NCBI GenBank assembly: GCA_028826165.1
Contig: JAPDFW010000069.1
Span: forward strand, 186,001-250,000
Length of the DNA: 64,000 bases
Reading direction: 5' to 3'
From: Anaeramoeba ignava BMAN
Lineage: Eukaryota; Protista; Anaeramoebae
Shown one piece after another: positions 11,320 to 22,822 of this stretch. Each line of letters begins with the position of its first letter. Within the stretch, counting starts at the first letter, position 1. The notes under the pieces are model-generated. The model was not told the DNA's origin and did no database searches. It saw only the letters and a program-made list of their open reading frames with translations. The position numbers and the translations under genes were made by a program.

Positions 11320-14300
11320 TTAATTTATTTGTTCATTAATTTCTTCTAAAGAAAAACTTTTATGAATTGTTCTTTGATATTCTTTTGATTGTTGATCAAA
11401 TTCATTTAAGAAATTTGTTCTTTCTTCTTTTGTTTTTGTTCTAAAAATAAGCATTTCTGTTTCTTCACTTGAAATAAATTCAATAAAAAATCGATAAAAA
11501 TTTCCTTTTTCTTTAATATTTTCTTTTTGATTTTGATTTTGATTTTGATTTTGAATTTGATTTTGATTTTGATTTTGATTTTGATTTTGATTTTGATTTT
11601 GATTTTGATTTTGATTTTGATTTTGATTTTCATTTTCATTTTGATTTTGATTTTGATTTTCATTTTCTTTTTGATTTTGATTTTGATTTTGTTTTTCATT
11701 TTGATTTTCATTTTCATTTTGATTTTCATTTTCATTTTGATTTTGAATTTGAATTTGAATTTGATTTTCATTTTGATTTTCATTTTGATTTTCATTTTGA
11801 TTTTCATTTTCATTTTGATTTTGATTTTGATTTTGATTTTGAATTTGATTTTCATTTTGATTTTGATTTTGATTTTTATTTTTATTTTGATTTATATTTT
11901 GATTTTCATTTTGATTTTCTTGATCATCAATTCCTTTGTCTATTTTTTTAATACAAGAAAAATCAATAAAAAATCTAGCTGTATATCTTTCTTTAGCTCT
12001 TTCTCCTGATTGTTGTCTTACACCTTTTTTAAATAAAGTTGGTTTTTTAAGTTCACAAATTAACAAAGAATCTGAAAACAAAAATATTTCACAATGAATT
12101 ATATTTAAATTTGACTCCATTTCAAATTTTTTTGACAAAATAACTTTTCTTGCTGGTTCTATTATTTTTAAATGAAGTTTATTTCTTGAATGTGGTGTTA
12201 TCATATTATCTATTGCAACAAGCTTTTCCATATTTTCTCTTTCTTTTTTTATATTATTTATTTTTTCAGCCATTTTTCTCATTTCAACAACAGCATTACT
12301 AAGAGGAATAAAATCAGGTTCATCAGTAGATGTATATTTTAAAAGTTGCTCCAATAAAAGTATCTATTTAAAGATTTAATTTATTTTGATTTAATTTAAA
12401 TTTAATTTGATTTGAATATTTGATTTAATTTGATTTGATTTAATTTAATTTGATTTGATTTAATTTGATTTGATTTGAATATTTGATTTGATTTGAATTA
12501 ATTTAATTTAATTTAATTTGATTTGATTTAGATTTAATTTGATTTTATTTGATTTGATTTGATTTGATTTAATTTAATTTAATTTGAATATTTGATTTGA
12601 TTTAATTTGATTTGATTTGATTTGATTTGATTTGATTTAATTTGATTTAATTTGATTTGATTTGAATTAATTTAATTTGATTTGATTTAATTTGATTTGA
12701 TTTTATTTGATTTGATTTGATTTGATTTAATTTAATTTGAATATTTGATTTGATTTAATTTGATTTTATTTGATTTGATTTAATTTAATTTAATTTAATT
12801 TGATTTGATTTAATTTGAATATTCTCTTTTACATAACGAGGTAACCTTTGAACTGGCATGATAATAATAGATTCAAAACTTAACATTCTACTTTCTTCTT
12901 TTTTTCTTTCTTTTTCGAGATATTCAGAAAATTTATTATTTTTTTTCTTTAAATGAGCAATTGTTTGAGTTGCAAGAGGATAATTATTAACATAATCAGC
13001 GTAAGAACCAAGAAAAGCAACCTTGAATCAATAACGAAAAGAAAAACAGGATATAAAGTAATTAGTTTAAATGAATTGAATAATTTTGTTTTGGAAATGT
13101 TTGTAGTTTTGATACCATTTTGTTGATTACACTTCCTACACAAGAATGAACATTCCAATTTTGAATAATCACTTTGAGCTCTTTTTTTAATTGATTATTG
13201 TATGCATAAATTACTCCAATTCCATCAAAAATCTTCTTTTTATCTTCTTTTGTAATGATTTTTTCTTCTAATGGATTCATATATCCCTTTTTTTTTTAAT
13301 TTAAGAATAATTATTGATTTTTTTTTTGTATAAAATTTATTCTTTTGGTTTATACATTAACTAAAATTTTCAAAAACTTTAAATATCCTGTTTCTGTTTC
13401 AAGAAATTCTTGTGCAACAGATTGCTTTTTAAGAATCTAAATTTGATATTTTTTGAATATTTTTTGAATATTTTTTGGATATTTTTTGGATATTTTTTGA
13501 ATATTTTTTGGATATTTTTGGAATAACCTTGAATCAATAGTGAAAAGAAAAACAGGATATAAAGTAATTAGTTTAAATGAATTGAATAATTTTGTTTTAT
13601 AATTTAATTTGTAATTTTTGATACCATTTTTGTTATTTATACTTTTTACACAAGAATGAACATTCCAATTTTTGAATAATTTTTTTATCTTTTTATTGAT
13701 TATTGTATGCATAAATTATAATCCAATTCCATCAAAATCTTCTTTTATCTTCTTTTGTAATGATTTTTTTCTTCTAATGGATTCATATATCCCTTTTTTT
13801 TTTAATTTAAGAATAATTATTGATTTTTTTTTTGTATAAAATTTATTCTTTTGGTTTATACATTAACTAAAATTTTCAAAAACTTTAAATATCCTGTTTC
13901 TGTTTCAAGAAATTCTTGTGCAACAGATTGCTTTTTAAGAATCTAAATTTGATATTTTTTGAATATTTTTTGAATATTTTTTGGATATTTTTTGGATATT
14001 TTTTGAATATTTTTTGGATATTTTTTGGATATTTTTTGAATATTTTTTGATATTTACATCTTTGTTTTAAATTTAAAAAATTTTTAAAATGGTTAGTTTA
14101 AGTGGTTTTTTTAGAAATTTATAATTTAATTTATAATTTTATTTATAATTTGATTTATAATTTAATTTATAATTTAATTTATAATTTAATTTATAATTTA
14201 ATTTATAATTTTATTTATAATTTTATTTATAATTTTATTTATAATTTTATTTATAATTTTATTTTATTTTATTTATAATTTTTATTTATAATTTGAATTT

Positions 14301-15874
14301 AATTTTATTTATAATTTTATTTATAATTTTATTTATAATTTTATTTTTTTAATTTTATTTTATTTATAATTTAATTTATATTTTTATTTATAATTTAATT
14401 TTAATTTTAATTTATAATTTTAATTTATAATTTTATTTATAATTTTATTTATAATTTAATTTATAATTTTAATTTATAATTTTTAATTTATAATTTTATT
14501 TATAATTTTATTTATAATTTAATTTATAATTTAATTTATAATTTTATTTATAATTTTATTTATAATTTAATTTATAATTTTAATTTTTATAAGAAGACCA
14601 TTTGAATTATAGTTTTCCCTTTTGAATTAAAACTCAATTTATTTATATAAAAATTTATAGCCCATGTACTTTGAGGGGGTATACCTACAATAACATTTCA
14701 ATTTATTTTTGACTAGCTATAAATTGCTCAGTCATCATTTCCTAAATTAAAAATACTTTAATTTATACATTCTTTTTAATTGACTACACTTAATTTTCAA
14801 TCAATAAAATTTGGTTATTAATTTATAAAAATTTATAGCCCATGTACTTTGAGGAGTATACCTACAATAGCATTTCAATTTATTTTTTAGCTATAAATTT
14901 CATTCATCATTTTAAATTAAAAATACTTAATTTATTTTCACTTTCTTTTTGGGTTCCACTCTTTCCATTTATATTTAATTTAAAATTTAATTTATAATTT
15001 ATAGTTTAAAAATTTTTCTTTTTTTATAATTTAATTTATAATTTTAATTTAAAAATTTTTTTTTAAATTTTATTTTAATTTTAGAAATTTATAATTTAAT
15101 TTATAATTTAATTTATAATTTTATTTATAATTTAATTTATAATTTTAATTTATAATTTTATTTATAATTTAATTTATAATTTTATTTATATTTTAATTTA
15201 TAATTTTAATTTATAATTTAATTTATAATTTTATTTATAATTTTATTTATAATTTTATTTATAATTTTATTTATAATTTAATTTATAATTTTATTTATAT
15301 TTTGATTTATAATTTTATTTATAATTTAATTTATAATTTTATTTATAATTTAATTTATAATTTAATTTATAATTTTATTTATAATTTTATTTATAAGTTG
15401 TTTACTTTTTAAATAGTTCTTTCTTGTTTTTGTCATTCTAATCATTTGTTGAATTTGTGTAAGATTTTGTTTTACTAAATAAAAAGAAAAAAATAAAGCA
15501 AATAATAAAGTAAATCAAGATTTAAAAATTTCTTTATATTTTTATTGGTTAATTGAATTAAAATTTTAAATAAAAAAAAAAAAGAGAAAAAAAATACCTT
15601 CAATAAAATAATCATTTTGTTGTTTCATTCTTACAGCTTTTTGAATACGGATCACTCTTCTAGATTCTCTAGCTTGTTTTCTTTTGGTTTTTTGTTGTTT
15701 TTTTTCTTCTCTTTCTTTTCTTTTAATCTCTTTTGATTTTTCTAATTGTAGATTTTGATCTTTTTCTATTTGAGGTTTTCTTTTTTCATGAATTTGATTT
15801 GTTTTTGTTTTATTTTGTGATATTTGTTTTTGTTGTTGTTGTTTTTCTTTTTCTTTAGATGAACCAAGTCCCAT
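11320..15874 (-). CDS. RhoGEF (DH-PH) with N-terminal myristoylation-like MGLGSS and IQ-like motifs; middle poorly assembled
   Basis: DH motifs AQEFLETETGYLKFL, YADYVNNY, IIMPVQRLPRYILLLEQLLKYT; PH motif IFLFSDSLLIC. In-frame GT-AG introns 12364-12832, 13022-13115, 13287-13355, 15475-15597. IQKAVRM and IQQMIRM..RKNY are IQ-like. Exons in 14050-15000 cannot be resolved. Confidence 0.8.
12364..12832. repeat. Intron filled with pentamer microsatellite (ATTTG/ATTTA)n
   Basis: Directly visible tandem TTTGA/TTTAA units between the RhoGEF splice sites. Confidence 0.9.
13020..14031. repeat. Tandem duplication, period about 506 bp, covering two RhoGEF exons; second copy partly degenerate
   Basis: ACCTTGAATCAATA at 13020 and 13526; about 13265-13500 is near-identical to about 13770-14005; 13526-13760 carries indels. 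Confidence 0.85.
14120..15395. repeat. Intronic (TTTATAATTTTA)n arrays flanking a duplicated, garbled exon-like segment (14590-14970)
   Basis: 12-bp AT-only units at 14120-14590 and 14990-15395. Confidence 0.85.
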
Positions 15875-16004
15875 TTTAAAAAAAGGAAAAAAAAAAATGA
15901 AAAAAAAATTTTCGAAAATTAAAAAAAGTGGAAATCTTCTTTTTTTCTTTTTTATTTTTTAATTTTGAAAAAGAAAAAGAAAAAGAAAAAAGAAAATTTC
16001 TTGC

Positions 16005-17507
16005 TTATTTTTTTTGGTTTTGTAAAAGATCTTGAAGAACGGAATCAACATCTCCATTATATTTTGTTAGTAAAATCATCAATTCTTTTGTGTTATCAAA
16101 ACCCATTGAATAAAGATTTTGGAGTTGAGCTTCATAAGGATTAGAAAGAACATCAGGAACTTGATTTTCTTTTTCTTGATTCATTTGATTCATTTGATTC
16201 ATTTGATTCATTTGATTCATTTGATTTTTTTCGTTTTCATCGTTTGTTTCTTTACTTTCTTTTAATTTACTCAACATATCATCCATTCTTGAAACAACCA
16301 TTGGAATATCTCCATTTAATTCTGTTAAAAATACCTTTAAAAAGGGTGTATTTGCAAACCCCATTTCTTCTAATTCTTTGAGTTCTTTATCGTATTTAAA
16401 GTTTGGATCTTGTTGTTGATTTGGTGGTGGAATTCGGAAAAAATCTTCAATTTGAAATTCACTTTTGAATCCAGGTTTATTCAATTCTTCAAGTAGATTT
16501 CGTTGTTTTGGTTGTGGTTGTGGATTTTGTGAATATTGTTCCATGTTTTCAAGTGTTTTTTTCAATCTTGCTATTACAAAACTTTCTCCATGTTCGAAAT
16601 CTGATGAAGTAAATGTTGGTAAGTATGAAATACTATCAAAAATATGTGAAAAATCAAAAGTATTAGATTGAAATCCAAGCATTGATATTAATAAGGGTAA
16701 TAAATGATTAATCGAATCCATAATTTTGGTTTTTATTGATGAAAATGCTACTCCATATTTACTCAAAACTTCCAGAAGTTCGAAAATTTTAGGGACCATT
16801 TCACTAAATACTTTGGAAATTTTATTCTTGATTTCTTCTGATTTGAAGGGATGATTTTGTAGTAATGATCCAAATGTTTTGATACATTCTTGAATTCCTT
16901 TTTCTCCTTCCTTGCTCATTTTCTCAAGCATGTTCATAATTTCCTTTAATGAATTCTTGAACCATTGAACAACTGTTGGTTCCTTTAATAATTCTCCAAG
17001 TGGTTGTTGAAATTGAATGAAACCTTTAAGTTGTTGTTTTATTTCTGGATTTGCAAATATTTTAAATAATTGAGCTATACTGAATGGTTGTTGTTGTTGT
17101 GGTTGTTGTTGTGTTGATTTCGGTTGAGAATTTTCTTTTTTTGGAATATTTTCTTTTTTTGGAACATTTTCTTTTTATTTTTAAATTAATATGAATAAAT
17201 AAAATAGAAATAGAAATAAAAATAAAATAAATAAAATACCTTGAATTAAAATTTTTAGTAAATTAGCTGAATTTTCAATTGCAAATTGTATTGCTGTTTG
17301 TAGTTCTATATCTGATGTTAATCCAACCCATTCATTCTCATCATCAAGATAATGAATTTTAATATTAAATTCATTTTGTTTTGGTTTGTAAAGTTGTTTC
17401 AAAGTTGTTTCAAGTTGTGAGAAAGTACCATTAATATCAAATGAAAATCTTCTTAAATCTTCATTAAAAATAGATTTTATATTAATTTTTGTGATTGCTT
17501 TTGTCAT
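16005..17507 (-). CDS. PB1 plus two UBA domains, p62/SQSTM1-NBR1-like protein
   Basis: Exon 1 has the PB1 lysine (INIKSIFNEDLRRF) and OPCA motif (YLDDENEWVGLTSDIEL). Intron 17171-17239 joins in frame. Two UBA motifs: LKELEEMGF..LTELNGDI and LQNLYSMGF..LTKYNGDVDSVL. Confidence 0.85.
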
Positions 17508-17794
17508 AATAATGATTTAAAAAAGAAAAAAATAAAAATGATATTTTTTTTTTTAAATTAAAAATGAAAAAAAATTTTTTTTTGCTTTTTTGTTTTTTGT
17601 AATTGAATTTATAAGTAAAAAATAATTAAAATGAAAAAATAAAAATAAAAAAATAGATTTGATTAAAAAAAAATTTTGTTTTTAAATTGATTATTTTTTT
17701 TTAAATTTAGAACTTTCTTATTTTAGTTCCAACTCTAATTTATTTTTTAAAAATAAAATATAATAAAAAATAATAAAAAATAAAAGAATTTTAT

Positions 17795-20700
17795 TTATTT
17801 TCTTGAACTTCTTCCTTTTCTATATTTTTCATTTTCTTTTTGGAAATCTTCTTTTGATTTTCTTTTTTCTGATTTTTTTTGTGATTTTTTTCCTGATAAA
17901 TATTTATGTTTATTAGAATGTAAATGTGAATTAGAATGTAAATGTGGATTAGAATGTAAATGTGAATTAGAATGTGAATTAGAATGTAAATGTGAATTAG
18001 AATGTGAATGTGAATGTGAATGTGAATTAGAATGTGAATGTGAATATGAATTAGAATGATTATATTTATCAAAATGTGAATGTGATTTATTCTTTCGAAA
18101 ATGTGAATAATCTCTATTAGAAAATCTTTGATATTTTGGTTTATTATCATCATCATTTTCAAGTGGAATAAATAAATCTTGACTTTCAATTTGTTGATTT
18201 GATTTATTATTTTTATTTGAATTTTTTTCATTTGATATTTCAGAACGAATTGAAAATTCTGGAATTGATTTATTAATAATCCATCCACATTTTCTCATAT
18301 ATTTTAAATTTTCAATTTGATTTCCAGAAATTTGTAAATTTTGATTTGATATTTGGTTTGTTTTTAATTTTCTTTTTTCAAATGGTGTTTCAACATTTAT
18401 CACAATATTTGATTCTTGATCATTTTCAATTTGATTTTCATTTCCAATATCAACATCATTTTCAATATTATTTTCATTTTCAATATCATTTTCATTTTCA
18501 TTTTCAATATCGTTTTCAATATCATTATCAATATCATTTTGAATATCGTTTTCATTATCATTTTCAATATCATTTTCAATATCATTTTCATTATCATTTT
18601 CATTTTCATTTTCATTTTCATTTTCATTTTCATTATCATTTTCATTATCAATATCAATTTCAATATTATTTTCAATATCATTTTCAATATTATTTTCATT
18701 TTCATTTTCATTTTCATTTTCATTTTCAATATCAATTTCAATATCATTTTGATTTTGATTTTGATTTTGATTTTCAGTTTCATTATCTGAATCAGATTCA
18801 AAAATTCGAGAAGATTTCTTGGAAATATTTTTGGAATTTTTGGAAACTTCAACTGAAATAACTGGAGACAAATTAATTTTAACAGGATTTTCTGATTCTT
18901 GAATTCTTATATTTGATAATAAATGAGGTTGGGTATTTTTTAAAATTTGAGTATTTAAAATATTAGATTTTGGAAATGATTCAGTTGCTTTAACTAAAGA
19001 AGAATTTATATTTGTTTGTGGAGAATGAAATTCTTCAATACTTTTAAGAATTAATTGAATAATTTCTGTAGATTTTATTCTAATTTCAGTAGAAATATTT
19101 TCTTCACAACATTCCATTAAATCTTTTTCTGTTTTTGGTATTTTCTTCGAAATTTCAAGCAATACTTTATCGGGCATAATAAATTCTGGACTTTCATCTG
19201 CCTCTCTTGCTGTATTATCTCTCCATTCAAATATAACCTTAAAAATTAATAAATGAAGAGAGTCAAAATTTAATGTGTATTTTTGGTTGTATTTTCGATA
19301 TAGTGGTAGATAAGAAACAGGAAAAGGTTGAATTTGATATTTTTGTAAGCATAATTTTGAGGAATCATTTATAATTTTGCTAATAAATGAAAATTCTTTT
19401 TCATTTTGATTTTGATTTTCATTTTCAATTTGATTTTGATTTTGATTTTGATTTTGATTTTGATTTTGATTTTGATTTTGATTTTGAATTTCATTTTGAT
19501 TTTCATTTTGATTTTGATTTTGATTTTGATTTTGATTTTGATTTTGATTTTCATTTTGATTTTCATTTTGATTTTCATTTTGATTTTGATTTTGATTTTG
19601 ATTTTGAATTTTGATTTTCATTTTGATTTTGATTTTGATTTTGATTTTGATTTTGATTTTGATTTTGATTTTGATTTTGATTTTGATTTTGATTTTGATT
19701 TTGATTTTGATTTTGATTTTGATTTTGATTTTGATTTTGATTTTCATTTTGATTTTGATTTTGATTTTGATTTTCATTTTGATTTTGATTTTGATTTTGA
19801 TTTTCTTCTTTTGCTTTCATAATAAGGATAGAACGAAGTTTATCATATAGAGGGATGAAATAATGTAATTCTTGTCTTGCAAATTCAAGAACTTCCTTAG
19901 GTAAAGGGCGAATTCTCCAATCAACAAGATCAAACTCATGTTCAATTTGAATATTTAAAAAAATTTTAATAACATCAGCGATTGAATGATCATTCGAATC
20001 TAAAAGAAGAGAAGATGAAATAAATAAATCAAACATATTAACAACATAAACATTGAAATCACGTTGAAGATGAAGGATTTGTTCACTTCCATTATTGAAA
20101 ATCTTGATTATATTTGAATCAGTGAAAATTTCATTCATTTCGTTTATATTTGAACGAAGTTTAATGGTATCAATCAAAATATCCTGTTTTCTTGTTGATA
20201 TTTTGAGAATACAAATAAATCCTTGATAAGAATGATACACATGATTTTCAACTTCAACACCAATTTCTTTTTCTTTTTTAAGATGGGAAATGATTTCTTT
20301 GAATTTTTCAAGTGTATCAACAAAAATTAAAGGTGTATCTTGGATTTCCAAAAATGAATTTTGTTCAGGAATTTCAAACAGATGATTTGGAAGCTTTGAA
20401 TGAAGAATTTCGTATTCATATAAATGGGAATTTTCTGTGTTCCCAAGATGATTTTGTGGATTATTTTCATTTGAGTTTGTTTGAATTAAAGAATTTTTCT
20501 TTGCTGGAAATTTGGGGATAAAAGGACCAAAATTATCAATTTTATCTTGAAAAGTAAATTGAGGACGCATGACTTGCTTTGCATGAAATATCTTAAAATT
20601 GCCAACTTTCTTGATTATTCCTCTTGTTTTATCGTCTTTTTTTGCTTTTCTATCTTCAATTGCATCATCAATATGTTTATCAATTAAATCTACAATATCA

Positions 20701-20978
20701 CCAATTAAATGAGACATAATTTTGTATTTTTCATCATGTGTTTTTTCATTTAAAATGGATTTTTCTGGATCTAATTTTAAAAATTGTGTACAAATGTTGA
20801 TTGTGTTTAAAATTGTATCTGATAAATCATTCATTTGATTTAAAAAACTTGAATAAGTTTGAAGATAAAGATAATCTCCTGTTTTAATGAAACTATTTGA
20901 TTTTTTTGTTGTTTTAAAAACTGTTTTTAAACATTCTCCAATATTTTTTTGTAATAAATTTTGTTCCTTTTTTTGCAT
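17795..20978 (-). CDS. EXOSC10: Exosome-associated Rrp6/EXOSC10-like protein (EXO plus HRDC); frameshift in the NQ repeat near 19608
   Basis: RPQFTFQDKIDN..PFIPK, HLYEYEI, HSYQGFICILKISTR..DTIKLR, LQRDFNVYVVNMFD, DWRIRPLP; HRDC WRDNTAREADES..IMPD in the second frame. One extra T in the (AATCAA)n tract switches frame. Confidence 0.9.
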
Positions 20979-21252
20979 AATAATAATTAATAAATTTTAA
21001 AAAAAAAATTTTTTTTTTAATTTTGAAAAAAAAATGAAAAAAAAATGAAAAAAAAAATGAAATTTGTTTTTCTTTTCTTGTTAGTAACTTTTTTTTTTAA
21101 AGAAAAGAAATTGAGAAAAAAAAAGGAAAGTAAAAAAAAAAGGAAAAATTAAGGAATTTGTTTTTTTGTTTTTGTTTTTTTGGATTGTTTGATAATTCCT
21201 TAAAGAAATTTAATGAAAAGAAAGAGAGGGAAAAAAATCTTCATGTTTTTTT

Positions 21253-22125
21253 TTACTTAATCATTGTTTTTTTGAATTCAATATAAGAAATAGTTCCATC
21301 ACCATCAGTATCTGCGCTTTTAATCATTTGATCAATTTGTTCGTCTGTTGGTTTTTGTCCAAGATTAGTCATAACTTTTTTTAATTCTTCTTTAGTAATA
21401 GTTCCATCTCCATCCTCATTTTTAGAATTAAAACAAATATTTAAAATCAATTAGTATATTAAAATTATAATTCAAAATCAAATTTAAATTAAATTATAAA
21501 TTAAATTATAAATTAAATTATAAAATCAATTAGTATATTAAAATTATAATCAAATTAAATTAAATTAAATTAAAATTAAATTATAAATCAAAATAAATTA
21601 AATTAAATTAAAATTAAATTATAAATTAAATTAAATTAAATTGAAATAAATTATAAACGCGAAACTAACAACATCATAAACTGCAAATGCTTCTTTAATT
21701 CTTTCTTCTGTAATATTGTTTTGTTGTCTCCACATCATTTCACAAAATTCTTGGAAATCAATAACTCCATTGAAATCATTATCAACTTCTCCAATCATTC
21801 GATTAACATCATCTTCAGTAACATCTCTTCCAAGATTTTTCATAACTGTTTCTAATTCAGCAAAACTAATTGTTCCCTTTGAAATTTTTTTATTGTTTTT
21901 TTTTTTAATTTTATTAATTTTATTGTTTTTATAAATTTTCTTACATCATGATTTTGATCGAAAACATCAAAGGCTTTTTGGTATTCAGCAATTAATTCTT
22001 TTGGTAATTTATCCACTATTTTAATTTTATAAAATTAAATTTTCCAAAATTTAAAAAAAAAAAAAGCAAAAAAATTAATTTAATTATAATTATTTTAATT
22101 ATTAAATTATTAAATTATGATTACT
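21253..22125 (-). CDS. Calmodulin-like protein with four EF hands
   Basis: EF loops DQNHDGTISFAEL, DNDFNGVIDFQEF, DVDGDGTITKEEL, DTDGDGTISYIEF. Introns 21415-21669, 21877-21944 and inferred 22016-22124, which splits the ATG. Confidence 0.9.
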
Positions 22126-22258
22126 TTTTATTAAAATTGTAAAAGAGAAAAAATGAAATTTTAAAAAAAAAGTTTGTGAAAAAAAAAAATTTTGTTTTGA
22201 TTTATTAAAAAAGAAAATAAAGGAGAAAAAAAAAATTTTTTTTAATTTCGATTTTTGA

Positions 22259-22787
22259 TTAATTGTAAAATTGCGAAAAATTAATTTTTAAATTTTCTCT
22301 ACTTGAATGAACTCGATTTCTTAAATGATTTGCTTGTTCTAATTCTTCTTTTCTTTTTTGTTCCAATAAATTTTTTCTAATCTTTTCTTCAAGAAGAGAT
22401 CTTTCTTTTTGGTTGATTGATTCAATAATTATTTTAAATTCTTCACTTGAATTTCTTGCAATATGAATTAAAAATTGTCCCAAAATATCTTCTAAAGATG
22501 TTTCAATATCCAAAAATTGATTTTGTTGTGATTCAAATGAAATATAATGAGCTAAAATTGAATGAATAATTAAAGAAAGTAAACTATTTTTTGATTCTTG
22601 ATCCAAACCAAACAATCCAAAATTATTGAACAAAATCATAGAAATTTTCATAATTTCCATTTTAATTTTAACAATAATTTCCGCTTGTTTTTTTGTTTTA
22701 ATTTCTTTTCCTTTCCACATTAACGATGTTATTTTTCCTGATAATGGGAAATAAATTGTTGATATAAATTTAGCAATTTTCTCATTA

Positions 22788-22822
<35 letters not shown>

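Noticed and set aside
14590-14970. Hairpin AATTTATAGC...GCTATAAATT with an ATGATGA C-box-like motif (snoRNA or SECIS candidate)
   Set aside because: No properly placed D box or SECIS GA quartet; the segment reads better as a garbled duplicated RhoGEF exon (IVGI..QSTW, TIIQMVF).
11406-19850. ORFs of (KI)n, (IL)n and (DF)n dipeptides
   Set aside because: Alternative-frame or antisense readings of the (AATCAA)n NQ tracts; the same applies to 39405-39887.
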